Source: a virus. Taken from it: DNA of 64,000 bases. The stretch is taken from positions 1-64,000 of the IMG/VR virus record IMGVR_UViG_3300013103_000005; one strand, given 5' to 3'. The translations under genes and the position numbers were made by a program. This document shows positions 1 through 8,638 of this stretch, piece by piece; within the stretch, counting starts at the first letter, position 1; the number at the start of each line of letters is the position of its first letter. Below the pieces are notes generated by a model. That model did no database searches and was not told the origin of the DNA. It was given only the letters and a program-made list of their open reading frames with translations.

Positions 1-1117
1 GAAAATACCTAAAGATTTTCTAGAACTAAAAAGACAAGCAGAAATGTTGGGAATGACGAATCCTGAGTATTTAGAATCTGTAGAAGAATTATTTAGTAAA
101 TTACCTGAATCCATTAGAGAGAAATTAAATGAGATTTTAGAAGGTAGAAGCTCAGAAGATTTTGTAGTATTAAATACTAACCCGTTTAAAGAAGAAGATA
201 CAGTTTTTCATTTAGCATATATGAAAAAGAATTATGATGCTTATGGTACTCCGCTTATTTTCAGGGTACTGAAATTATTGATTTTAAAAGACCAGCTTAT
301 TAAAGCTCATCACGCTATCGCTAGTAGAAATATGGAGCCTATTAATTTAATCTGGGGAGAAGATTTAGGTGAAGAAGATTTAATAGACTTAAGGTTACAA
401 GTAGAACAGGCAATGCAATCTCCTGATTATGCAGTTATTACGAATTACGAAGTTCATTGGGATTTAATTACCGGTAACGATAGGATGACAGATTTGACTA
501 GAGATTTTGAATTTATAAATGACCAGATAATGATAGGAATGGGAATGAATGCAACTGTACTTTCTGGGGAAGGTACGTATTCAAATACATATATAACTCA
601 AGCAATTATAAACGAACGTTACGCTAGGTTTAGGGAAGTATTTACAGACTGGATACAAAAATTATTTTTAGCAGTAGCCAAAGCAAATGATTTTTATATA
701 AGAATAGAACAACCTACAGAAGAATCTAGCGAAGACGTAGAAAAAGGAGAAGACCCAGAAGCAAAAGAAAAGAAATGGTGGTTAATTCCTGAAGTAAGAT
801 GGACGAGAACTTATATTACAGGTGATAGAGATAATAAATCATTTATGCAATCTCTTTATAGTGATGGTAAATTAGATTTAGAAACTTATTTGTCCTTCTT
901 TGACCTTGATGGCAAGGAAATTAAAGAAAGAGTTGAAGAAGAAATAAGAAGTGGTTTTGCTATGTTGCCTGAACTTGTTAGAAATATAGCAAGTGAAGTT
1001 GGTAGAGATTTAGCTCCATACTTTAAGAAGATGATGTTAGAAAAATTTGATATTCCAAAAGAAATAATAGAACAAGTAGAAAAAGAACAAGCTGAAGGTG
1101 GAGGTGGAAGATGGTAA
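1..1117 (+). CDS. Probable portal protein, 5'-truncated by the window edge
   Basis: Frame is open from position 2. First gene of the head module. Portal-like segments YGTPLIFRVLK..KDQL and DQIMIGMG..VLSGEGTYSN. Confidence 0.6.
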   Translation, partial: KIPKDFLELKRQAEMLGMTNPEYLESVEELFSKLPESIREKLNEILEGRSSEDFVVLNTNPFKEEDTVFHLAYMKKNYDAYGTPLIFRVLKLLILKDQLIKAHHAIASRNMEPINLIWGEDLGEEDLIDLRLQVEQAMQSPDYAVITNYEVHWDLITGNDRMTDLTRDFEFINDQIMIGMGMNATVLSGEGTYSNTYITQAIINERYARFREVFTDWIQKLFLAVAKANDFYIRIEQPTEESSEDVEKGEDPEAKEKKWWLIPEVRWTRTYITGDRDNKSFMQSLYSDGKLDLETYLSFFDLDGKEIKERVEEEIRSGFAMLPELVRNIASEVGRDLAPYFKKMMLEKFDIPKEIIEQVEKEQAEGGGGRW

Positions 1118-1623
1118 AAACGAAGTTAAAGAAAATGGCTAAATTATTAAGATATTCTTTAAATATTCAAGATTTAGTGGAGAAATCTTTAGAAGAAGGA
1201 ACTATTGACCCACGATTAGAACAGGAACTTAAAAAAGATTTTGAAAAAGAAGGAGAGGAATGGGCAAAAGATGTTATTCGATATGCAGATTGGGAGACCG
1301 AAGTTAGAGAAAGTTATGGTCTAGAAGGGTTAGAACCGCCTTATGACCCTCGCGATATCGAAGATATTATATTTGATGAAGTAATCCCTGGTATCAAAGA
1401 ACATGCCGAGCAATTTGCCGATTGGGCTTATAGCCCTTATCATAATTTTAAAGTCTTTCTCGAAATGTTAGGGCTTGAAGATTTGTATAGAGAAAATCCA
1501 AAACTGGAAAATGAGTTTTCATTTCTATTCGATGAGCTTCAAGATTCATTTGACGACGGTGCTTATAAAGTTTTTGAAAGAGAGATACCAAGAATAGCAA
1601 GAGATTTGGCGAGAAAATTATAA
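1111..1623 (+). CDS. Hypothetical, possible internal head protein
   Basis: SD GGAGGTGG. Basic N-terminus (KLKKMAKLLR) followed by an acidic body. Confidence 0.5.
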   Translation: MVKTKLKKMAKLLRYSLNIQDLVEKSLEEGTIDPRLEQELKKDFEKEGEEWAKDVIRYADWETEVRESYGLEGLEPPYDPRDIEDIIFDEVIPGIKEHAEQFADWAYSPYHNFKVFLEMLGLEDLYRENPKLENEFSFLFDELQDSFDDGAYKVFEREIPRIARDLARKL

Positions 1624-1627
1624 GGAG

Positions 1628-2260
1628 TTGAAAATGCTCAGAAAGTTAGCAAATAGATTAAGAGCTCAAAATAAAAGAAAACGTAAGAAGAAAGTAGATT
1701 TGCCTAGAGAAAATATTCTTCCTCCTAGGGAATATTTGCCTCCTCGGATGAGTTACAGCGAACAAGCTTTAGTTAGTAAGTTTAAGAAAGTCGCAGAAGT
1801 TCCTAGAGATTTATTTAGACTAATAGACGAAGATGCTAAACAAGGTTATTTATCAACTAAAACGATAAATTATCTCAAAGATTTATTTAGTAAAGGACAG
1901 CAGAAAGTAATAGATTGGTTATTAAATAATCCTGACTTTCTTGAATATGTACTTGAATTACGAGCAGAAGTTTATGATGATACTTCTGTTGATGGGGTTG
2001 GATATGCCGTAGAGTGTTTTTTAGAAGATTATTATCAAGAAACAATTTTTGATGATGAATATATTGGGGATTATATGAGTAAGAAAGGATTTTCAAACGA
2101 AGAAATATTAAATCTTTATAAATTATTTAGTAAGTATTCTTTTTATGCTAATAAATTTGATTATGAATATACGAGAGGTTCGAGGGTAGAGCGGGAGTAC
2201 GATGATATATTGATTCGCGAAAGAAAGGAAAGACGATATGAGGAAGAAGAGATATGGTAA
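1628..2260 (+). CDS. Hypothetical, possible internal head protein
   Basis: SD AAGGAG. Basic N-terminus (LRKLANRLRAQ) followed by an acidic body. Confidence 0.5.
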   Translation: MKMLRKLANRLRAQNKRKRKKKVDLPRENILPPREYLPPRMSYSEQALVSKFKKVAEVPRDLFRLIDEDAKQGYLSTKTINYLKDLFSKGQQKVIDWLLNNPDFLEYVLELRAEVYDDTSVDGVGYAVECFLEDYYQETIFDDEYIGDYMSKKGFSNEEILNLYKLFSKYSFYANKFDYEYTRGSRVEREYDDILIRERKERRYEEEEIW

Positions 2261-2730
2261 ATATTATTTCCAATGTAGATGGAAGATTAATAATCAAAGA
2301 TTTGAATTTAACATTTACTTATAAAGGCCAGTTAATAACTATTAAAGATGAGGCATTTAACTTATCCAAAGATATTAAAGAAGCATTAAACAAAGGTTAT
2401 ATAACAATTATTAAAAAATCTCCTATTATTAAAAAAGAACAAAAAATTCCTAGAAATAATAATCGGGATTTAGATAACTTAATCAAAGAATTAAAAAGTA
2501 TTTTAAATGAATTAAAACAACAAACTATACAGAAAGAAGTGATTGTTAAAGAAGTTCAAAAAACCAGTTCTAACGAGGATTCTGATATTGAATATACAGA
2601 CCCATCGTTGTTGGCAGATATATCTCATACATTAAGCAAAGATTATAAAGCTCACTTAAGTCCAAAAACTTCTAAAGGGGATAAGATAGATAAATCGCAA
2701 ATAGAAAACTTAAAAAGTTTAACGCATTAA
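2254..2730 (+). CDS. Hypothetical coiled-coil protein; N-terminal domain paralogous to 8639..9400
   Basis: GRLIIKDLNL..KG..SKDIKEALNKGYI aligns by eye with GILRILDLDL..KG..SSSLKNCLKAGWI. Confidence 0.55.
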   Translation: MVNIISNVDGRLIIKDLNLTFTYKGQLITIKDEAFNLSKDIKEALNKGYITIIKKSPIIKKEQKIPRNNNRDLDNLIKELKSILNELKQQTIQKEVIVKEVQKTSSNEDSDIEYTDPSLLADISHTLSKDYKAHLSPKTSKGDKIDKSQIENLKSLTH

Positions 2731-2735
2731 ACTTT
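2714..2735. repeat. Dispersed 22-bp palindrome, copy 1 (centre CGCA)
   Basis: AAAGTTTAACGCATTAAACTTT; contains the stop codon of 2254..2730. Confidence 0.95.
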
Positions 2736-2757
2736 ATTTAAATTTGGGAGGATTGAT

Positions 2758-3738
2758 ATGGGACACGTTGGATTAGATATCGGTACTGCTAATCTAGTAT
2801 CTGCTTTTATGAATGATAATGAAGAAATAGAATATAAAATCCAAAGAGATGCTTATATAGAAATAGAAAGAAATAGATATACAGATAAAATCCTACAAGA
2901 AAGTGGGGTTCAATACGTAGAGTATAACAACAAAACATTTGTATTAGGGACGAATGCTTTTGAATTAGCCAATGTATTTAATAGAGAATGCCAAAGACCA
3001 ATGAAAGATGGTCTTATATCTCACGATGAAGCAGAGTCCGTCCCTGTAATTGAATTGCTAATTCATAGTCTTATAGGCGATGGAAAAGAAGGAGATATAT
3101 GTTGCTTTTCAATCCCTGCTAAGGCAATAGATTCAGATAAAGAAGTATTTTATCACGAAGGGTTATTTAAACAGCTTATATCTAATCAAGGTTATAATCC
3201 TATAACAATAAACGAAGCTTTTGCAGTAATACTTTCAGAATTATCAGAAGATAAATATACAGGAATAGCAATATCCTTTGGAGCAGGATTAACAAATGTT
3301 TCAGTAAGTTATATGGGAACTGAATGTGTATCGTTTTCAGTAAACAGAGGTGGGGATTGGATTGACAAGCAAGTTTCTACTATTTTAGGTATCCCTGCTT
3401 CTAGGGTAGCTGGGGAAAAAGAAAACGAAGAAATAGATTTATGTAGACCGTCAGGACAATTTGAAGTAGCTTTATCTCTAACATACAAAGCACTTATTGA
3501 TTATGTGGTGAATTTAATTGCAGAAAGATTGGTAAAGAGTAAGAAAGTTCCTTATTTTAAAGAACCTATAAATATCATTTGTTCAGGCGGTACTAGTTTA
3601 GCAAAGGGATTTATAGAATTATTTAATGATAAATTTAAGAAAGAAGATTTTCCAATCAAAATTAAAGAAATAAAACTAGCTCAAAATCCTTTATACGCAG
3701 TTGCTAAAGGTTGTTTATTGTCTGCTTTAAGTAGTTAA
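2758..3738 (+). CDS. Actin-like ATPase (MreB/MamK/ParM superfamily)
   Basis: Five actin motifs in order: GLDIGTANL, INEAFA, SFGAGLTN, CSGGTSLAKG, PLYAVAKG. Confidence 0.85.
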   Translation: MGHVGLDIGTANLVSAFMNDNEEIEYKIQRDAYIEIERNRYTDKILQESGVQYVEYNNKTFVLGTNAFELANVFNRECQRPMKDGLISHDEAESVPVIELLIHSLIGDGKEGDICCFSIPAKAIDSDKEVFYHEGLFKQLISNQGYNPITINEAFAVILSELSEDKYTGIAISFGAGLTNVSVSYMGTECVSFSVNRGGDWIDKQVSTILGIPASRVAGEKENEEIDLCRPSGQFEVALSLTYKALIDYVVNLIAERLVKSKKVPYFKEPINIICSGGTSLAKGFIELFNDKFKKEDFPIKIKEIKLAQNPLYAVAKGCLLSALSS

Positions 3739-3761
3739 TTTGTATTTAAGGAGATTTAAAG

Positions 3762-3968
3762 ATGAGGATAGAAAGAAAATCTTGGAGAGGAAGAATGCCT
3801 GGAGGGTATGGATTAGGGCCAGGTGGTGTTTGTATTTGTTTAGATTGTGGAAAGGAAGTTCCTCATACTAGGGGAGTTCCTTGTTATGCTCTTACTTGCC
3901 CTTATTGTGGTGGACCAATGATGAGAAAGGAAGTTATAACTAGATTTCAACAGAGGTTTGTAAGATGA
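3762..3968 (+). CDS. Small Cys-rich metal-binding protein
   Basis: GPGGVCICLDCG..H..G.PC...CPYCG pattern; SD AAGGAG. Confidence 0.65.
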   Translation: MRIERKSWRGRMPGGYGLGPGGVCICLDCGKEVPHTRGVPCYALTCPYCGGPMMRKEVITRFQQRFVR

Positions 3969-4228
3969 ATAGATATATAGAAAAATTTCTCAAGAAGAAA
4001 TTATCAATTTATTGGTATGCCCCGGGAAGGGTTTATAGGCCTACAAGACAAGAATTAGAACCAGATGATACTCCACCCGTGGGTAAACCGGGGCCGTTCT
4101 TTTGTCCTAAATGTAAAACAAAGATGATTAAAAAGCCATATAAGCTGAAGGAATATATTTATATTTGCCCATCTTGTTTCTTTGTAGTATTAGAAAACGA
4201 TTTACTTTCGTTTGTGGAGGAGAAATAA
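3965..4228 (+). CDS. Zn-ribbon protein
   Basis: CPKC...CPSC; ATGA overlap with the previous gene. Confidence 0.6.
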   Translation: MNRYIEKFLKKKLSIYWYAPGRVYRPTRQELEPDDTPPVGKPGPFFCPKCKTKMIKKPYKLKEYIYICPSCFFVVLENDLLSFVEEK

Positions 4229-4921
4229 ATGTTATATAAAATAGGTTGTCCTATTTTATCCCTGCATATTATTGATATTAGGAGAAAGACCGCAAGACTA
4301 AATAAATTTTCTGCTAAAGTTGTAGCAGATTTAGATACTGACAAATATGTATTTCACGATGTAGAAATTTTACATTCTGTTCTTCTTGAAAAAAACAGCG
4401 ATTTTCTTATAAGAAGGGATACTGAAGAGAACATAAACGCTAACTTTGATGCTTGGGATTCTAAAGAGTTATTAAGTTCTTATAAAACATTCTTGAAGAA
4501 CAAAGAGACAGGTGAGCCGGCTGATGTGTTTGTAGAACACGTTCAAGTAAAAGAATTGAGTAAAGGAAAGGTTTTTGACGCTGTTCCTATCATAGATAAA
4601 AAAGGAATCGTTACTATACATTTACTCATAGGGACAGAGAAGAAACACAAGGATTTAATCTCAATGATTGAATCAGGAATTTATAATGCTGTCTCTATGG
4701 GTTGTACTGTAGATTATGTAAGGTGTACTATTTGCGGGGCTAAGACAGAAGATGAATATGCTTGCGAACATTTAGCTTATCATAAAGGAGAGAGACTAAT
4801 AGGGGTAGATGGTAAATTAAGAGTTTGTGCCGAACTTTGTTTCGGCAGTAATTTTTATGATTGTAGTTGGGTACGTTTTCCAGCAGATTCTAAAGCATTG
4901 GTATCGGAAAGAATAGCTTAA
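4229..4921 (+). CDS. Probable prohead (maturation) protease
   Basis: FVEH, AVSMGC.V...CTICG and S.V..PAD motifs; lies before scaffold and capsid genes. Confidence 0.7.
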   Translation: MLYKIGCPILSLHIIDIRRKTARLNKFSAKVVADLDTDKYVFHDVEILHSVLLEKNSDFLIRRDTEENINANFDAWDSKELLSSYKTFLKNKETGEPADVFVEHVQVKELSKGKVFDAVPIIDKKGIVTIHLLIGTEKKHKDLISMIESGIYNAVSMGCTVDYVRCTICGAKTEDEYACEHLAYHKGERLIGVDGKLRVCAELCFGSNFYDCSWVRFPADSKALVSERIA

Positions 4922-4945
4922 CTTTATTTTTGAAGGAGGTTTGAT

Positions 4946-5737
4946 ATGAAGAAAGGAAAGGTAAGCAAGTCTTTAAAGAGCCTTCTTAGACTTGCTCAGG
5001 AGTTAGACAGGGCTTATGTTCCAACTCCCGAGGATTATACAGAAACAACTTGGGAGGATATCGTAGAAAAGACTTATAACGATAACCCTGTTTATGATGA
5101 TGCTCGTGATGAAGTAAATAAAGCAGCAAGTCGCAAGAAGGCAAGTAAAAAAGTAAGTAAAAAAGTTTTACTCGCACAAGCTAAAATGGCTTACAAATTA
5201 GCAGAACTTCTATTTGACAAAGAAGAATTGGGCGAAGAAAAATTTACAGACCAAGTAGTAGACCTAATGTCTATGCACCCAAGAGCTCTAAGGGATACTT
5301 TAAAGCGTCTAGGTCAAGATGAGGATATCGAAGATATTCCTGATGTCGAAGAAGTCAGGGATATTATTGAAGAAGAGTCTGACCTCGATGTCGAAGAGAC
5401 AGAAGGTCCTGAAGACATCGAAGAGGAACAAGGCGTTGAATTAGGTGCTGATGAAGATGAAGAAGAGAAAGAATCTAAGAAGAAACGCACACAAGATGAA
5501 GAAGACGAGGATAAAGAAGGTCAGGACGAGGATGAGGAAGAGAAGGAAGGACAAGACGAAGACGAGGAAGAAAAAGAATCCTTCTCTGATTTTATAGATG
5601 AGTTAGTTAAAGATGCTAACAAAAAGGACGAGAAGAAAAGGGTTCAAGCTTTAGCTAAGTTGTTCTCTGAAATAAATAAAAAGAAGAAAGCTTCTAAGAA
5701 AGAAATCAAGACCCTAGAAGGTTTTTGGGAGGATTGA
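4946..5737 (+). CDS. Probable capsid scaffold protein
   Basis: Highly charged, tandem (KE)GQDEDEEE repeats; between protease and decoration/capsid genes; strong SD. Confidence 0.6.
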   Translation: MKKGKVSKSLKSLLRLAQELDRAYVPTPEDYTETTWEDIVEKTYNDNPVYDDARDEVNKAASRKKASKKVSKKVLLAQAKMAYKLAELLFDKEELGEEKFTDQVVDLMSMHPRALRDTLKRLGQDEDIEDIPDVEEVRDIIEEESDLDVEETEGPEDIEEEQGVELGADEDEEEKESKKKRTQDEEDEDKEGQDEDEEEKEGQDEDEEEKESFSDFIDELVKDANKKDEKKRVQALAKLFSEINKKKKASKKEIKTLEGFWED

Positions 5738-5786
5738 CAAATTCATAACTAAAAACTTAAATTCATTTTGAAAGGAGGTTGGTGAT

Positions 5787-6281
5787 ATGGCTTTACGAGT
5801 TCTTTATAGAGGGCACGCAGATACATTAAACGATTTAAAAGCTGAGGAGTTTACCCGCCAGAATTATGGTGCTCCAGGAATGACAAGCTCTCGTATCACA
5901 GCAGATACTCCAAATGGAGTTCTTGCTGGTATGGTAGCTTGTATGGATACTGATGGAGTAGTAAGAACTGTAAATAGTGGTTCGGATATTCCAGTAGGTA
6001 TCTTTGCTAGCGATGCTCAGGGCCCTTCTTTTGAGAATACCCCAGCAATCGCTAGCGGTAAGATAGCAGTATTTAAGTCTCAAGGAGTATATGAGACTGA
6101 TATTTATGAAACAAGAAACGAAGCTAATACTGCTGATTTGACTTATCAAGTAGGTGATAAACTTTATCCTTCTAAGAATGGTCTTCTTACAAAAGACTCA
6201 TCTACAAACGATAATGTTGTTGGGATTGTTACAAAATCCCCAGGTTCTGATGGTTGGTTAAGATTTGACTTAAGAATATAA
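5787..6281 (+). CDS. Probable head decoration/cement protein
   Basis: Beta-rich, ends YQVGDKLY.S.NGLLT...VVGIV; directly upstream of the capsid gene. Confidence 0.65.
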   Translation: MALRVLYRGHADTLNDLKAEEFTRQNYGAPGMTSSRITADTPNGVLAGMVACMDTDGVVRTVNSGSDIPVGIFASDAQGPSFENTPAIASGKIAVFKSQGVYETDIYETRNEANTADLTYQVGDKLYPSKNGLLTKDSSTNDNVVGIVTKSPGSDGWLRFDLRI

Positions 6282-6328
6282 TTTAGCTTTTGTTTAGTCA
6301 ATCCTCCCTTAGTGAGGATTGGAATTTG

Positions 6329-6416
6329 AATTCATACCTAATTAAGTTCATATTTAAATTCATATTTATTGTATTTAAATTCATAATTCATAGGTAGGGT
6401 TTGTGGAAAATTCATA
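6329..6416 (+). repeat. Array of six A(A/G)TTCATA octamers in the major capsid leader
   Basis: Copies near 6329, 6345, 6357, 6378, 6385 and 6409; two more at 5739-5767. Confidence 0.75.
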
Positions 6417-6444
6417 ACTTTTTTGAAGAAAGGAAGGTGATTTT

Positions 6445-6990
6445 ATGCCTCTCTCACTAGAAGAAAAAGAAGCATTGTTAGGAAAGTTAATTGAAAGTTC
6501 AGAAGGTCGTAGAAAGATAGCACAATCAATGATAAGCCCTCTTCGTAACAAACTTGATTATAGGGCAGTAGGAAGAAAGGCATTAGTAGTAGACCCTCTT
6601 CCTGCAGGTGTTCTTCCATACTATGATAAAGACGTGGATGTTTCTGCTATCATAGTAGCAGAAGATGGAGAAACACCTGAAGCAGTAGTAAGGGGTGAGA
6701 GAATACTTGTTCCTTTATTTGAGTTAGCAACAAACCCCAAAGTAAAAATTACTCAGGTAAAGGAACGTAAGTATGCAATACTTCGCCGTGTACAAGACAA
6801 AGCAGTACAGGCAATTCAGGAGTTAGAAGATACTCGTATTTTCTCTGCTCTTGAAGATGCTTGTGCTATAAATGATTTGACAACAATTAATGTTAGTGGT
6901 TATTTAGATAGAGATTCTCTTGCAGATGCATTTGCACAGATTGAAGCACAAGATTTGAGAGTTGCTAATATATTTATGAACGCCTTGGAT
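6445..6990 (+). CDS. Major capsid protein, exon 1 (HK97-like fold)
   Basis: 182 codons ending ...FMNALD; joins in frame to FGDIRKWG at 8242, giving a 283-aa spliced product. Confidence 0.85.
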
Positions 6991-8241
6991 TACTGCCGTA
7001 AGGCAGCGTAGTCCCCTATACCAGTGATGGTATAGTGCAAATCGGGTCAATTGCGGGAAAGACCTGTTAAGCTCTGGGTACTCCCCATCGCCGTGAGGTA
7101 GATGGTATAGTAAAAAGCCCAGAGATAGGGTTAATCCGCAGCCGAGCATCTTTAAGGAAGCTAAAATGAGTGTTAAAGAATATAGAAAAGTTACCTGTCC
7201 TATATGTGGTAAGAAGTTTAGAGTTTTACATCCTAACGGTCATTTAAAAGTTCACGGCATTACCACACTTGAAGAATTTTATCGTAGATTTCCAGAAGAG
7301 ATGACAAGTTATACTGCTTATTCATATTCTCAAATTAGACCTAAATCAATTGAAGGGTTTGATTTGAGAGGGTTAAAAATCTCCGCTACTAAAAGAGGTA
7401 TAACTCTTCACCGAGCATTGCAATTAAAAAAGAAAGAAAAGGAATTTAAGAAGTACGCTGAAGAAGGTGAAGAGTTAGTTACTTGTAAAATATGCGGAGG
7501 TAGATTTAAGAGGCTCGCAGCTCATTTGCATTATAAACACGGAATAACGACCAAAGAATATTTGGATTTGTTTAAGGGAGGATTGACTTGTTCCAAGAAA
7601 TCAGGGCGGAAGACTGCTGAAACTTGTAATGCTAAAGGAATTTTACAAAAGGCAAGGGAGAATGCTAAAATCGGATTGCTTAAGAAATATGGAGTTGATA
7701 ACCCTATGAAAGTTCCCGAAATTGTATTAAAGCAGTTTAAGTCTTCTGTTCGTCATGTTAAAAGTAAACCAGAAATCCTATTAGAAACCTTGTTGGATTC
7801 TAATTTTACTGGTCAGTTTGTTTATAATGGGTGTGGTAATGCCGATATAATGATTGGGCATAGGATTCCTGACTTTATACATACTTCTAAAAAGAAAGTT
7901 ATAGAAGTTTTTGGAGTTTATTGGCACGGTGAAAGAAGGACAGGTATTCCTAATGATGTTCATGAAAAAGAACGTATTGAAGAATATAGAAAAGAAGGTT
8001 ATGATTGCTTGGTGATTTGGGAAAATGAACTTGATGATGTAAATAAAGTTTGTAAGAAAATAGAAAGCTTCCTTAAAGATGAAGGTTCAGAGACCGAAGC
8101 TAGTAAGGGAGACCTTATTAGCGGAACCCGACATCCTATCGTAAAGGTAGGATGATGATACGGTCCGACCTCTACCGAAAGGTAGAGAGGTAGGCAGAAA
8201 TGACCTACCCGCTTCCTTAATAGGAAGTAGTAACAAACGTG
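6991..8241 (+). ncRNA. Group I self-splicing intron (1251 nt) in the major capsid gene
   Basis: P1 GGAU|UAC pairs with GUAGUCC, with a U.G at the splice site. P AAUUGCGGGAAA, Q AAUCCGCAGC, R GUUCAGAGACCG, S GAUACGGUCC. Terminal G at 8241. Confidence 0.9.
7166..8155 (+). CDS. Intron-encoded homing endonuclease (two C2H2-like Zn fingers plus Vsr/PD-(D/E)XK-like domain)
   Basis: VTCPICG..F...H...HGIT twice; YGVDNPMK; SKPE..PDF..IEVFGVYWHG..GY..LVIWE. Confidence 0.8.
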   Translation: MSVKEYRKVTCPICGKKFRVLHPNGHLKVHGITTLEEFYRRFPEEMTSYTAYSYSQIRPKSIEGFDLRGLKISATKRGITLHRALQLKKKEKEFKKYAEEGEELVTCKICGGRFKRLAAHLHYKHGITTKEYLDLFKGGLTCSKKSGRKTAETCNAKGILQKARENAKIGLLKKYGVDNPMKVPEIVLKQFKSSVRHVKSKPEILLETLLDSNFTGQFVYNGCGNADIMIGHRIPDFIHTSKKKVIEVFGVYWHGERRTGIPNDVHEKERIEEYRKEGYDCLVIWENELDDVNKVCKKIESFLKDEGSETEASKGDLISGTRHPIVKVG

Positions 8242-8547
8242 TTCGGCGACATAAGAAAATGGGGTAGAGACCAGTTAGATATTGAGACTCAGAGAGAATT
8301 ACTCCAGACTGGTATTATGGGAAGAATTTGGAATGCTCAGATAACAACTTCTAGGGTAATACCTAGAGGTAAGGTATTTGTATGCACTGAGCCTGAGTTC
8401 TTAGGTGTAATGCCTATTAGAATCGAGCTTACAGTATGGCCAGCTGATGACCCAGAGAATAGGATGATTGGTTGGTCTATATTTGAGCAAATAGGTATTG
8501 GTATTCATAATGTCAACGGTGTAATCGATATTAACATTGTAAGATAA
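8242..8547 (+). CDS. Major capsid protein, exon 2
   Basis: In-frame continuation of exon 1; capsid-like C-terminus G.IWNAQI..SR.IP.G.V. Confidence 0.85.
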   Translation, partial: FGDIRKWGRDQLDIETQRELLQTGIMGRIWNAQITTSRVIPRGKVFVCTEPEFLGVMPIRIELTVWPADDPENRMIGWSIFEQIGIGIHNVNGVIDINIVR

Positions 8548-8560
8548 TTTAGATTATCAA

Positions 8561-8594
8561 AGCGAGGGAGTGTTTAAGCTCCCTCGCTATTTGT
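8561..8594 (+). terminator. Intrinsic terminator after the capsid gene
   Basis: AGCGAGGGAG/CTCCCTCGCT stem followed by ATTTGT. Confidence 0.7.
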
Positions 8595-8616
8595 AAAGTT
8601 TAACGCATTAAACTTT
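8595..8616. repeat. Palindrome copy 2 (CGCA)
   Basis: Exact match, between the terminator and the next SD. Confidence 0.95.
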
Positions 8617-8638
8617 TGATTGAAGGAGGATTTAAATT

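Noticed and set aside
5705-5737. Scaffold C-terminus KTLEGFW as a PCNA-interacting PIP box
   Set aside because: It lacks the Gln, and a capsid-binding tail is the simpler explanation for a head-module protein.
6445-7011. 188-aa and 102-aa ORFs as separate capsid proteins, or an intein
   Set aside because: Explained by a group I intron. There is an in-frame stop and no intein terminal motifs.
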